From: Planctomycetota bacterium
Lineage (GTDB): Bacteria; Planctomycetota; PLA2; JAEUHO01
Assembly (NCBI GenBank): GCA_965223505.1
Contig: CBDCWP010000039.1
Location: 1-64,000, forward strand
Reading direction: 5' to 3'
DNA length: 64,000 nt
Each line of letters opens with the position of its first letter. The stretch's first letter is position 1. The notes beneath the pieces were generated by a model that worked only from the letters and a program-made list of their open reading frames with translations, searched no databases and was not told where the DNA came from. The position numbers and the translations under genes were made by a program. This document shows, piece after piece, positions 27,668-37,966 of the stretch.

Positions 27668-29745
27668 GGCTTCTCGATCACCTCGACCGTCTTGGTCTTC
27701 GAAGCCTGCGTCACGGTCGGCTGCAGCACGCCGCTGTCCTTTTCCATGTAGGGAACGACCAGGTCGAGGAACTCCTGCCGGTAGCGGCGGAAGTTGAGGT
27801 CCGCTTCGATCGTGATCGGACCCTTCGCCGCGGCGGGTGCCTTGAAACGGAAGACCTGGTTGTCCGAGTACCCCGGAAAGATCACGCGTTGACCCTCGCC
27901 GCCGGCCTTCTTCCACAGCTCGTGCTTCACGAGCGGGTTGCCGTGCTCGTCGAGCGGCATCGCCTCGAGCACCATCGTGCCCTCCGAGCGCGAGTTGCCG
28001 ACCCTGTGCTCGACGTTTTCCATGTCCTGAATGCGGCGGGTCTTCGGATCGATCGCACCCCACTCGCCCAGCACCGCGCCTTCGGCGTCCGTCACACGGA
28101 GATGGATCCACGCGCGGATGAAGTCGAGCGGGCCCGTCGAGAAGTTGTGTCCGACCTTGCGGTTCGTCACGACCACACGGACGCCGACCTCGTCACCGGC
28201 CTGCACCTGTTCCTTGGCCTGGATGTCGACCGAGACCACCGGCCCGTCCGGCCACGCATGGGCGATCTCCGGCAGGCGCGTCTTGCCGCGAATCCACTCG
28301 CGGGTCAGCTCGACGTGACGCTCCCAGCCCGGCAGCTTCATCACCTCCGGCATCAGCACGTTGGTCGCGATCGTGCCGTGGTGCCGGTGGGCGCCGTCGT
28401 CGATGGAGCGACGCAGGTCGCCGCCCTCGCCGCGGCCGGGGTCGCGTGAACCGTGCACGAGCCGCATGTGGCAGTCGCGGCAGCTCAGGTCCTTGTCGGG
28501 CGCGTCCGCGACGTGCCAATGGCTGTTGCGCCACTCGTCGTACTGGTTCTGGCCCGGGCTCAGCCCGAAGCGGTTGAGCGCCTCGGGAATGAACTGTTTG
28601 TGGCACGCGGCGCAGAACTCCGGCGTGCGCAAGATGTTGCGGTCGTAGTCGTCGAGATGTTGCTGCGGGTACGCCCGGATCAGGAAGTCCGAGATGAACT
28701 TCTTGGCGCCCGTCGTGCCTTCCCACAGGTACTTCTTCGGCGGGGTGATGACGTAGTCGGCGTTCCCGCGCGTGTCTGCGTGCGAGATCGAATGGCACAC
28801 GACGCACGAGCACCCTTCTTGCATGCCCGGCGCCGAGAGGTCCATGTCGTGGATGTCCTTCGCGCCCGCGAACAGCGAAATGGGGTCGTGGCAACCGGCG
28901 CAGTAGCGCGCCTCCTCGACGCCGCGCTCGTCGGCGAAGTTCTTCTGCACCTGCTGGAACGGCGGATTCGCGGCCGAGAAGCGGTGCGCGCTCGGCAGCC
29001 ACTCCTTCAGGATCTCCTCGTGGCAGCCCGCCGTCCCGCACGACTCGGAACCCGCCAGCACGTCGGGGCGAACGAAGTTGCCGCTCGAGGTGCGCGCGTA
29101 CGTCGGCGCGAAGGGGTTGCCGCGGTACTCGTCGTGCTCCTGCAGGTAGTCCGAGAGCGCGTAGCTCTCCGGCACAGGAAACTCGACCTCTTCCTCCGGG
29201 ACGAACGTCGTCGCGACGACCAAAGCGGCCGCCGCTCCCGTACCGATCGTCGCGCGCCGCGCGAACAGCCGTGTCGCCGCGGCGAGCGACGGCGTGTTGC
29301 GCATGACGCGCCGCCGTCGCAGGTACGCGAGCAGCACGTGCGACGTGAGCAGCGCGAACGCGCCGATGCCGCTCACGAGGTGGATCAAGTCGAGCAGCGG
29401 CCCCCGGCGCGTTCCGAAGGCGGCTTCGATCGTGAGCCAAACGCCCGACACGATCGACACCAACACCATCATCATGAGCACGTAGCCCAGGATCATCACG
29501 ACCGTCATCGTCTGCGCGTGCCATGCCTTCCAGTGACGCCACTGGTAGATCGCATACGGGACGATCAGCACGAGCCCCGCAGCCGTGTGCAGCAGCACCT
29601 GGACCTGCGCCACGAGCGAGAACGGCGCCAGGTAGATCCACAGCCCGGTCACCGATTCGATCACGAGAAACGTCGTGACGAACGCCGAGAGTCGTGAACC
29701 CCAGCCGCGCTCGGCCAGCTCGTTGGTGTTGACGCGTTCATGCAC
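27664..29745 (-). CDS. Membrane-anchored multiheme cytochrome c (start uncertain)
   Basis: About five N-terminal TMs carrying His residues; heme motifs CGTAGCH, CAGCH, CVVCH, CAACH, CRDCH. Confidence 0.85.
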   Translation of the reverse strand: MHERVNTNELAERGWGSRLSAFVTTFLVIESVTGLWIYLAPFSLVAQVQVLLHTAAGLVLIVPYAIYQWRHWKAWHAQTMTVVMILGYVLMMMVLVSIVSGVWLTIEAAFGTRRGPLLDLIHLVSGIGAFALLTSHVLLAYLRRRRVMRNTPSLAAATRLFARRATIGTGAAAALVVATTFVPEEEVEFPVPESYALSDYLQEHDEYRGNPFAPTYARTSSGNFVRPDVLAGSESCGTAGCHEEILKEWLPSAHRFSAANPPFQQVQKNFADERGVEEARYCAGCHDPISLFAGAKDIHDMDLSAPGMQEGCSCVVCHSISHADTRGNADYVITPPKKYLWEGTTGAKKFISDFLIRAYPQQHLDDYDRNILRTPEFCAACHKQFIPEALNRFGLSPGQNQYDEWRNSHWHVADAPDKDLSCRDCHMRLVHGSRDPGRGEGGDLRRSIDDGAHRHHGTIATNVLMPEVMKLPGWERHVELTREWIRGKTRLPEIAHAWPDGPVVSVDIQAKEQVQAGDEVGVRVVVTNRKVGHNFSTGPLDFIRAWIHLRVTDAEGAVLGEWGAIDPKTRRIQDMENVEHRVGNSRSEGTMVLEAMPLDEHGNPLVKHELWKKAGGEGQRVIFPGYSDNQVFRFKAPAAAKGPITIEADLNFRRYRQEFLDLVVPYMEKDSGVLQPTVTQASKTKTVEVIEKP

Positions 29746-29977
29746 CGGCAATGACAGCCTCCGCGCGCGGGCGTGCAAAGCGCGTGCGCGCGCCCGAAGG
29801 AGAAACGCAGCGATGCCGAATCGGATTCCGACCGGGACCGGACGGCGATTTGCGCTGATTCCCGCAGACCCTCTGAAACCGCCGTATCGAGGCCGGTCTT
29901 GGGGAAGCGTCCGTAGTCCGCTGCGGACTCTTGCGCACCTCCGGGCCGTACGGCAATCCGAGCGAAGGAGGTCCGCC

Positions 29978-31042
29978 TTGGCGTCGACCGCAACGGCACC
30001 GGCAGCGACCGCGCGGTTCTTGAGCGGCAAGCCGCTCGTCGCATGGCGAGTGACCCAGGTGCTCGTGTGGCTCGTCGGGGTGGGAATGTTGCTGGCGTTG
30101 TTCTTCGCGCCCGACCTGGGGCTGCACGCGTTCTGGAACGTGCTCATTCCGGTTGCGCCCGCGCTGCTCGCCTTCGCGCCCGGCCTGTGGCGCAACATCT
30201 GTCCCCTGGCGTCGACGGCGCTGTTCCCGCGCCACATGGGGGTGTCCAGACGGAAGCGCCTCCCTGCCGAAGCGCAGGCGACGCTCACGTTCGTCGGCAT
30301 CGTCGCGCTGCTGCTCATCGTGCCGATGCGTCACGTGCTGCTCGACCTCGACGGCCCCGCGACCGCGTTCACCATCGTCGCGCTGGGCATCGTCGCCGTC
30401 TTCATGGGATTGAACTTCGAGTGGAAGAGCGGTTGGTGCTCGAGCCTGTGTCCCGTTCATCCCGTCGAGAAGCTGTACGGCTCCGAGGCGGTGATCTCGC
30501 CGCCCAACGCCCATTGCGACACCTGCCATCGCTGCGTTGCCCCGTGTCCCGACTCCACGCCGGGCATGCACCCGCTCGCCGCCAAGAAGCACGCGCCGCA
30601 GCGGTGGGGCGGCGCGTTGCTCGTCGGTGGGTTCGCGGGATACATCTGGGGCTGGTTCCACGTTCCGGATTACGCGGGCGTCGAGGGCTGGCGCAACATC
30701 GGGTTCGCGTACGGCCTGCCGTTTCTCGGTCTGGCGGTCACGCTGACTGTGTTCCTGGTCTTGCGGAAGCTGCTCCCCGCGAAGCACGAGCGTGTGTTGA
30801 TCCTCACGTTCGCGGCCGCCGCCCTGTGCTGCTACTACTGGTACCGGCTGCCGATGCTGTTCGGATTCGGTCCATTCCCCGGTGACGGCATGCTGGTGGA
30901 TCTGCGCGACACGCTGCCGGCTTGGTTCCCGTGGGCATCGCGCGCCGCCACGACGCTGCTCTTCGGATCCTGGCTGATCGCCCGCGCCAGCGGCAAGCGC
31001 GCGTGGGCGACGCGGCCCGAGTACGCCGTGGAGGCCGCATGA
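29978..31042 (+). CDS. 4Fe-4S-binding polytopic membrane protein (NapH/polyferredoxin-like)
   Basis: AAGGAGGT RBS before TTG 29978; WRNICP, WCSSLCP and CDTCHRCVAPCP motifs. Confidence 0.8.
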   Translation: MASTATAPAATARFLSGKPLVAWRVTQVLVWLVGVGMLLALFFAPDLGLHAFWNVLIPVAPALLAFAPGLWRNICPLASTALFPRHMGVSRRKRLPAEAQATLTFVGIVALLLIVPMRHVLLDLDGPATAFTIVALGIVAVFMGLNFEWKSGWCSSLCPVHPVEKLYGSEAVISPPNAHCDTCHRCVAPCPDSTPGMHPLAAKKHAPQRWGGALLVGGFAGYIWGWFHVPDYAGVEGWRNIGFAYGLPFLGLAVTLTVFLVLRKLLPAKHERVLILTFAAAALCCYYWYRLPMLFGFGPFPGDGMLVDLRDTLPAWFPWASRAATTLLFGSWLIARASGKRAWATRPEYAVEAA

Positions 31043-32412
31043 GCGCGATCCTCCCGGACCTCATTCGACGCTACGACCGTCCGGGGCCGCGCTACACCTC
31101 CTACCCGACGGCGCTCGAGTTCCATCCGGGCGTCGATGCCGACAGCTACGCGGAACACCTCGCGAGCGCGTCGCGCGTGCACGCGCCGATCAGCGTGTAC
31201 ACGCACCTGCCGTTTTGCGAGGAGCGCTGCTACTACTGCGGCTGCAACGTCGTCGCCACCCGCAACCGCGACGTCTCGCAGGCCTATCTCCGTTCGGTCC
31301 TGCGCGAGATCGCGGACGTCGCCGAGCGGCTCGACCGGTCGCGTCCCATCCGGCAGCTCCACTGGGGCGGCGGCACGCCGACGTACTACGCTCCCGAGCA
31401 GCTGCGGGATCTGTTCGCGGCATTCGAGGCCGGGTTCGACCTGGCGCCGGACGCCGAGCTGTCGGTCGAGGTGGATCCGCGCGTCACGACGACCGAGCAC
31501 CTCGAGACCCTCGCTGCTCTCGGCTTCAACCGGCTCTCGCTCGGCGTACAGGACTTCACGCCCGAGGTTCAACAGCGCATCAATCGCGTCCAGCCCTTCC
31601 GCCAGACGCACGCGTTCGTCTCGCACGCGCGGGAGCTGGGATTCGGCTCGATCAACATCGACTTGATCTACGGGTTGCCGCTGCAGACGCGGCACTCGTT
31701 CCGCCGCACCGTCGCGCAGGTCGAGGCGATTCTGCCCGAGCGCGTCGCGATCTACAGCTACGCGCACGTGCCCTGGCTGCGCGGCCACCAGAAGCGCATG
31801 ATGCAGGACGGTCTGCCGAGTGCGGAGGCGAAGGCGGAGCTGCTGCTCAGCGCGACGCGCATGCTCCGCGACGCGGGCTACGTGGCGCTGGGCATGGACC
31901 ACTTCGCGCGGCCGACCGACGAGCTCTCGCTCGCCGCGCGTGAAGGCACGCTGTGGCGCAACTTCATGGGCTACACGGTTCGAAACGCGCCCGACACGAT
32001 TGCCTTCGGCGCGAGCGGCATCGGTGAGGTCGGCGGGACGTACTTCCAGAACGAACACAAGCTCAGCCGCTACCAGGCGGCCGTCAGCGAGAGTCGTCTG
32101 CCGACCTCCCGGGGCTACGCGATGAGCGCGGAGGACCGGTTGCGCCGCCACGTCATCACGACGCTGATGATCCACATGCGCTGCGACTTCGACCCCGTCG
32201 AACGCGAGTTCGGCATCGACTTCGGGAAGACGTTCGCGCCGGAGCTGGACGCGCTGACGTCGTTCGTCAACGACGGTCTCGTCAGGCTCCATCCCGAGCG
32301 CATCGAGATCACTCCGCTGGGACGGCTGTTCGTCCGCAACGTGTGCATGCTCTTCGACGCGTACCTCGAACAGCACGGCAGCGGCAAGAAGCGCTTTTCG
32401 AGAACGGTATGA
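31039..32412 (+). CDS. hemN: Oxygen-independent coproporphyrinogen III oxidase
   Basis: GPRYTSYPTA, HLPFCEERCYYCGCN, WGGGTP, MDHFA, RNFMGYT. Confidence 0.95.
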   Translation: MSAILPDLIRRYDRPGPRYTSYPTALEFHPGVDADSYAEHLASASRVHAPISVYTHLPFCEERCYYCGCNVVATRNRDVSQAYLRSVLREIADVAERLDRSRPIRQLHWGGGTPTYYAPEQLRDLFAAFEAGFDLAPDAELSVEVDPRVTTTEHLETLAALGFNRLSLGVQDFTPEVQQRINRVQPFRQTHAFVSHARELGFGSINIDLIYGLPLQTRHSFRRTVAQVEAILPERVAIYSYAHVPWLRGHQKRMMQDGLPSAEAKAELLLSATRMLRDAGYVALGMDHFARPTDELSLAAREGTLWRNFMGYTVRNAPDTIAFGASGIGEVGGTYFQNEHKLSRYQAAVSESRLPTSRGYAMSAEDRLRRHVITTLMIHMRCDFDPVEREFGIDFGKTFAPELDALTSFVNDGLVRLHPERIEITPLGRLFVRNVCMLFDAYLEQHGSGKKRFSRTV

Positions 32413-33647
32413 CGACTGCTCCGGCGCTGATCGAGAACGGGCGGCTCAATCCCGGATACTTGAAGCTCGATTTGTTCTGCAAGGGGCTGCGGATCGCCGA
32501 GGACTGTTCGCTCGACGGCGCCGGCCCGCGGCGCATGCGCTCCGGACTCGGCAGCGGGCTGGAGCTTCGCATTCCGCGTTCGGGCGGCATGTGCGTCAAC
32601 GCGCCCGTCGTCGAGTCGTTCGCGCGGGAGAGCCCGTACACGCTCCACGGGCCGAGCACTGCCGGCCGGCACCTGCTGCGGCGCGACGGTCGCGACGTTT
32701 GCGAGCTGATCGTCCAGCCGCCGCCGCGCTTCTACGAGACGCGCACGACCGGCGGGGTGCGCATGGGATCCGTCGGCGTCATTCAAGGCACGTACCTGGG
32801 CATCTACTACGGCACGCTGTGCGCCAACTGGAAGCACCCCGAGCTCGACAACTGTCGATTCTGCTCGATCGGGGACAACGTCGGCGCCGGCGACGACACG
32901 ACCGGCAAGTCGCCGCGCGACATCCTCGAGACCGCGGCCGCGGCACGCGCGGAGCTCGGGATCACGTTCGTCCATCTGAACGGCGGGTTCGACGACACCG
33001 GCGCGTACCTCGAGCGCTTCGTGCCGGTCCTCTCCGAGCTGCGGAAGACCGGTCTGCTCACGGGCGTACAGCTTCCGCCGCTACCGGACTTCGAGCAGTA
33101 CCGCGCGCTGCGCGCATTGGGCGTCAACAACGTGTCCCTGTGCTTCGAGATCTGGAACGAGCAGCGTTTCCAGGAGGTCTGTCCCGGCAAGGCCCGCCGG
33201 TGCAGCCACGCGCGCTATCGCGACGCCATCCGGTTCTGCGCGCAGGACGTTCGATTCGACACGACCAACGGCGAGCTGATCGCCGGGCTCGAACGTCCCG
33301 AGGACTCGATGGCGGCCGTCGACTGGCTGACCGGCGTCGGCGCCGTTCCGACGGTCTGCGTGTTTCGCCCGGTTCCCGGTACGCCGTACCAGCATCTGCC
33401 GCCGCCGGACACCGAGTCGATGGTGCCGATCTTCGCGCACCTGTACGAGCGGTGCATGGATGCCGGCCTGCCGATCGGCGTCGCGCCGAACGTGCACGTG
33501 TCCATCGTGATGAACCCGGAGGAGTGCCGCTGGCTGCTCCCGTCGGAGCGCCGCAGGGGGTGGCGTCTTCGGCGCGCCAAGCTCGCCGTCATGCGTTCGC
33601 TGTTCGCGTGGCGCGTGTCCGCCGGCCTTCGCCGCCTCGACAGCTGA
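32409..33647 (+). CDS. Radical SAM protein with CX10CX2C motif
   Basis: RSGLGSGLEL, CANWKHPELDNCRFCSIG, CPGK, LIAGLE, VCVFRPVPGT. Confidence 0.8.
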   Translation: MTTAPALIENGRLNPGYLKLDLFCKGLRIAEDCSLDGAGPRRMRSGLGSGLELRIPRSGGMCVNAPVVESFARESPYTLHGPSTAGRHLLRRDGRDVCELIVQPPPRFYETRTTGGVRMGSVGVIQGTYLGIYYGTLCANWKHPELDNCRFCSIGDNVGAGDDTTGKSPRDILETAAAARAELGITFVHLNGGFDDTGAYLERFVPVLSELRKTGLLTGVQLPPLPDFEQYRALRALGVNNVSLCFEIWNEQRFQEVCPGKARRCSHARYRDAIRFCAQDVRFDTTNGELIAGLERPEDSMAAVDWLTGVGAVPTVCVFRPVPGTPYQHLPPPDTESMVPIFAHLYERCMDAGLPIGVAPNVHVSIVMNPEECRWLLPSERRRGWRLRRAKLAVMRSLFAWRVSAGLRRLDS

Positions 33648-33798
33648 TCGGCGCGCCGCGCGCAGGGTTCCTCACCCGCGTGCGCAGAGGTCCTCATGCA
33701 GTGGACCGACGCCGGGATGCAGCAGGTCTCTGCACCTTTGGCACGTCTTTCTCATGTGGGGAGTTGAACCGGGGTTCAAAACGGAGGTCGACGACGCG

Positions 33799-34878
33799 TT
33801 GACGGTGCAGCAGATCCACGGCTGGGAGATGACCGCGGTCGGCGAGCCGCTGCGGGAAGCCGTGCGGGACGTGGCGTCGATCGCCGACGACGACGTGCTG
33901 GTCGAGATCGCGGGGTGCGGCGTCTGCCACACCGACCTGGGGTTCCTCTACGACGGCGTGCCGACGCGGCATCCGTTGCCCTTGATCCTCGGGCACGAGA
34001 TCAGCGGCACCGTCGTGGAGACCGGTGCCAACGCCGCCCGATGGAACGGACGCAAGGTCATCGTCCCCGCCGTGATGCCCTGCGGCCGGTGCGACGTCTG
34101 CCGGCGCGGTCGCGGGAGCATCTGCCCGAAGCAGATCTTCCCCGGCAACGATCTCGACGGCGGGTTCGCCACCCACGTCGTCGTCCCGGCGCAGGGGTTG
34201 TGCGAGGTGCCGTCGAACGGCAGCGACGTCGCCCTGGCCGACCTCTCGGTCGTCGCCGACGCCATCACGACGCCGTACCAGGCGATCGTTCGAAGCGGCC
34301 TCGGCGAGGGGGACCTCGCCATCTTCGTGGGCATCGGTGGTGTCGGCGGTTTCGGCGTGCAGATCGCGAACGCGCTCGGTGCCACGGTCATCGCGATCGA
34401 CGTCGATGCGAAGCGGCTCGCGCTCAGCGCCGACCACGGCGCCGCGTTGACGATCGACGCGCAGGAGCACGACGCCCGCGCGATCAAGAAGATGGTTCGC
34501 GAGTACGCGAAGTCGAACGCGCTGCCGCGCGTCGAATGGAAGATCTTCGAGACGTCGGGCACGCCCGCCGGCCAGCAGACCGCGTTCAGCCTGCTCTGCC
34601 ACGGCGCCTACCTCAGTGTCGTCGGGTTCACGCCGAAGCGCGTCGAGGTGCCGGTTTCCCACCTGATGGCGTTCGACGCGCGCGCGGAGGGCTGCTGGGG
34701 CTGCCTGCCGGAGCTCTATCCGGCGGCGTTGGACCTCGTGCTCGCAGGCGAGGTGCAGCTCGGTCCGTTCGTGCAGCGGCGTTCGCTGGCCTCCATCAAC
34801 GAGACGTTCGAAGAGCTGCGCGCGCACGCGATCCGTGAACGGGTCGTGCTGCTGCCCGGAACGAACGGCTCGCGCTGA
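33799..34878 (+). CDS. had: 6-hydroxycyclohex-1-ene-1-carbonyl-CoA dehydrogenase
   Basis: Zn-ADH motifs GCGVCHTDLGF and GHEISG; PGNDLDGGFATH; WGCLPELYP; bcr context. Confidence 0.9.
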   Translation: MTVQQIHGWEMTAVGEPLREAVRDVASIADDDVLVEIAGCGVCHTDLGFLYDGVPTRHPLPLILGHEISGTVVETGANAARWNGRKVIVPAVMPCGRCDVCRRGRGSICPKQIFPGNDLDGGFATHVVVPAQGLCEVPSNGSDVALADLSVVADAITTPYQAIVRSGLGEGDLAIFVGIGGVGGFGVQIANALGATVIAIDVDAKRLALSADHGAALTIDAQEHDARAIKKMVREYAKSNALPRVEWKIFETSGTPAGQQTAFSLLCHGAYLSVVGFTPKRVEVPVSHLMAFDARAEGCWGCLPELYPAALDLVLAGEVQLGPFVQRRSLASINETFEELRAHAIRERVVLLPGTNGSR

Positions 34879-34895
34879 CGAAAGGAAATGACTCG

Positions 34896-36005
34896 ATGTT
34901 CGACTTCAAGAATCACGAGCTCGCCGAAGGTGTCGAGTACCCCGGCGTGGGCTACGAGTTGAAGCCGTGTCTGGACAAGGCCGGCCAGCCCGTCGAAGGG
35001 CTCAACAACGCGTGGATCACGCTCGACAACCCGTCGCAGCTCAACTCCTACACGACGGAGATGGTGAAGGGCGTCATCCTCGACTTCCGGCGGGCGTCCG
35101 AAGACCGCACCGTCAACTGCGTCGTGTTCACCGGCGCGGGCGAGCGGGCGTTCTGCACGGGCGGCAACACGAAGGAGTACGCCGAGTACTACGCCGGGCG
35201 CCCCGAGGAGTACCGCCGCTACATGCGGCTCTTCAACGACATGGTCTCCGCCATCCTGGCCTGCGACAAACCCGTCATCTGCCGGGTCAACGGCATGCGC
35301 ATCGCCGGCGGCCAGGAGATCGGCATGGCCTGCGACTTCACGATCGCGTCCGATCTGGCCGTGTTCGGCCAGGCGGGGCCGCGGCACGGCTCGGCCCCCG
35401 ACGGCGGCTCGACCGACTTCCTGCCGTTGTTCGTCGGCATCGAGCGCGCCATGGAGAGCTGCACGCTTTGCGAGACATGGAGCGCCCACAAGGCGCTGCG
35501 TCTCGGCCTGGTCTCGGAGATCGTTCCGGCGCTCAAGGTCGAGGGGCACTACGTCCCCAACCCGTTCGTCATCACCGATCAGGTCGCGGACGCGTACGGC
35601 CGCTCCGTGATCGGCGAGATGAAGACCGGCGGGGCCGCGCGCGCCGAGGCGAAGGACCAGCTCAGCCGCGGCACGGTCGATCTCTCCCTGCTGGACGAGG
35701 CCGTCGAGCGCATGTGCACCAAGCTGCTCTACACGATGCCCGGCTGTGTCGAGAAGACGATTCAGTCGGTGCGCAAGCACAAGCTCGAGCACTGGGATCG
35801 CAACAAGGAGACGAACCGCGCCTGGCTCGGGCTCAACATGATGACCGAGGCGAACGCCGGCTTCCGCGCCTTCAACGAAGGCACGAAGCGCAGCCGCGAG
35901 GTGGACTTCGTCGCGCTCCGGCAGCGGCTCGCCGCCGGCGAGACATGGGGGCCGGAGCTCATCGAGAGCGTGCTGCCCGCCGCGCAGGAAGAGCTCATCG
36001 GATGA
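34896..36005 (+). CDS. oah: 6-oxocyclohex-1-ene-1-carbonyl-CoA hydrolase
   Basis: NSYTTEMVKGVIL, FCTGGNTKEYAEYYAG, GSAPDGGSTDFLP, RAWLGLNMMTEA. Confidence 0.93.
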   Translation: MFDFKNHELAEGVEYPGVGYELKPCLDKAGQPVEGLNNAWITLDNPSQLNSYTTEMVKGVILDFRRASEDRTVNCVVFTGAGERAFCTGGNTKEYAEYYAGRPEEYRRYMRLFNDMVSAILACDKPVICRVNGMRIAGGQEIGMACDFTIASDLAVFGQAGPRHGSAPDGGSTDFLPLFVGIERAMESCTLCETWSAHKALRLGLVSEIVPALKVEGHYVPNPFVITDQVADAYGRSVIGEMKTGGAARAEAKDQLSRGTVDLSLLDEAVERMCTKLLYTMPGCVEKTIQSVRKHKLEHWDRNKETNRAWLGLNMMTEANAGFRAFNEGTKRSREVDFVALRQRLAAGETWGPELIESVLPAAQEELIG

Positions 36006-36775
36006 GCACGGGCCGGCCGGTCGAGGTGACGCATCTTGACGACGGCGCCTTTGCGCACGTCGTCATCGGGCGCCCGCCCGGCAACATCCTCGACGCCGAG
36101 ACCGTCGACGCGTTGCGCGATGCCGTGCGGGCCCAAGCCGACCGACCGGAGCTCAAGGCGCTGTTGATCGAAGGCGCGGGCAAGCACTTCTCGTTCGGCG
36201 CGAGCGTCGAGGAGCACCTGCCCGACCAGGTGGCCGGCATGCTCGAAGGCTTCCACGGGTTGTTTCGCGATCTGATCGCGCTGCACGTTCCCGTCATCGC
36301 CGTGGTGCGCGGTCAGTGCCTCGGGGGCGGGCTCGAGCTGGTCGCGTACTGCCACCGCGTCTTCGCGAAGCCGGACGCGAAGCTCGGACAGCCCGAGGTG
36401 AAGCTGGGCGTGTTCGCGCCCGCCGGGTCCGTCCTGCTGCCGGAGCGCGTCGGCCAGGCGCGCGCCGACGACCTGCTGCTCAGTGGACGCGTGCTCGGGT
36501 GCGAAGAGGCGCTCGAGCTCGGCCTGATCGACGAGATCGCCTACGAGCCGACCGACGCCGCCCTCGAGTACGTCCGCACGCAGTTCGGCCCGTGCTCGGC
36601 GTCGTCGCTGCGGATGGCGACGCGCGCCGCGCGGCTTGCCTTCGACCGTCGATTCCTGCGCGACATCGACGTCCTCGAATCGATGTACCTGAACGAGCTG
36701 ATGGCGCTCAGCGACCCCGAGGAGGGGTTGCGGGCGTTTCTCGAGAAGCGCCGCCCCGCGTGGAGCGACGCCTGA
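36002..36775 (+). CDS. dch: Cyclohexa-1,5-dienecarbonyl-CoA hydratase
   Basis: HFSFGASVEEH, GQCLGGGLEL, GQPEVKLGVFAP. Confidence 0.9.
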   Translation: MSTGRPVEVTHLDDGAFAHVVIGRPPGNILDAETVDALRDAVRAQADRPELKALLIEGAGKHFSFGASVEEHLPDQVAGMLEGFHGLFRDLIALHVPVIAVVRGQCLGGGLELVAYCHRVFAKPDAKLGQPEVKLGVFAPAGSVLLPERVGQARADDLLLSGRVLGCEEALELGLIDEIAYEPTDAALEYVRTQFGPCSASSLRMATRAARLAFDRRFLRDIDVLESMYLNELMALSDPEEGLRAFLEKRRPAWSDA

Positions 36776-36784
36776 GGAGCTGAA

Positions 36785-37966
36785 ATGGTGAATGCGACCG
36801 CCGAGCTCGACACGCTGAACGAATTGGTCGAGCGCAGCGACGTCCTCTATCACGACGTCGCGCTTCGAAGCGTACGCGCGTGGAAGGAGGCCAATCCCGG
36901 CAGGCGCGCGGTCGGCCACATGCCCGTGTGGACGCCGCGCGAACTGATTCACGCTGCGGGAATGCTGCCGGTCGGCATCATGGGGGGCGGCGACGACGTC
37001 GAGATCATCAAGGGCGACGCGTACTTCCAGAGCTACATCTGCCACATTCCCCGCAGCACGATCGAGATGAGCCTGAACGGCAGCCTCGACGTTCTCGACG
37101 CGATGATCTTCCCGAGCATCTGCGACGTCATCCGCAACCTCTCCGGCATGTGGCAGATGCTCTTTCCCGAGCGTCCGGCCTGGTACTTCGACATGCCGCA
37201 GAGCTTCGACGAGATCGGACGCGAGTTCTTCATCCGCGAGCTCGACGTCCTGCGCGGCGAGCTGGCGGGCGTCGCCGGCGCCGAGATCACCGACGACGCG
37301 CTGCGGGCGTCGATTCGCCTCTACAACGAGAACCGCCGGCGCGTCGAGGACCTCTACCAGAAGCGGCGCGAGTCGCCGTGGCTGTACCCGAGCAACGAGG
37401 TCTACCGCATCATGCGGGCCGGAAACCTCCTGCCGGTGGACGAGCACAACGCGCTCATCACCGACTACGTCGCCGCCGCATCCGGGAGCGACCGCCACGC
37501 GATGGACAGCGCGCGGGTGATCGTCGTCGGCTCGTTCTGCGAGCAGCCGCCGCTCAACCTGATCCGTACGATCGAGCGGGCGGGCTGCTACATCGTCGAC
37601 GACGACTTCGTCTTCGGAAACCGGATGATCGCCGGCGACATCGAGGAGGACGGCAATCCGCTCGAGAACCTCGTGGACGCGTTCATCGAGCACGCCCGTG
37701 AAGCGTCGTTCCTCTACTGCGAGCAGGACAAGGGCGCGGAGCTGGTCGAGCGCATTCGCGCAAGCCACGCCGAGGGGGTGCTGTTCTGCGCGCCGAGCTT
37801 CTGCGATCCCGCGCTGCTGGATCAACCGATGCTGGTGCGCGCCGTGGAGGCCGTCGGCGTGCCGCACACGAGCTTCAAGTACGCCGAGAACACCGGCCAA
37901 TTCCAGGTCATCCGGGAGCAGGCCGGCACGTTCGCCGATTCGATCAAGTTGTGGGGGGCGGCATGA
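36785..37966 (+). CDS. bcrC: Benzoyl-CoA reductase subunit C
   Basis: GDAYFQSYICHIPRSTIE, PSICDVIRNLSGMW, SFCDPALL, QFQVIREQAGTFADSIKLW. Confidence 0.93.
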   Translation: MVNATAELDTLNELVERSDVLYHDVALRSVRAWKEANPGRRAVGHMPVWTPRELIHAAGMLPVGIMGGGDDVEIIKGDAYFQSYICHIPRSTIEMSLNGSLDVLDAMIFPSICDVIRNLSGMWQMLFPERPAWYFDMPQSFDEIGREFFIRELDVLRGELAGVAGAEITDDALRASIRLYNENRRRVEDLYQKRRESPWLYPSNEVYRIMRAGNLLPVDEHNALITDYVAAASGSDRHAMDSARVIVVGSFCEQPPLNLIRTIERAGCYIVDDDFVFGNRMIAGDIEEDGNPLENLVDAFIEHAREASFLYCEQDKGAELVERIRASHAEGVLFCAPSFCDPALLDQPMLVRAVEAVGVPHTSFKYAENTGQFQVIREQAGTFADSIKLWGAA

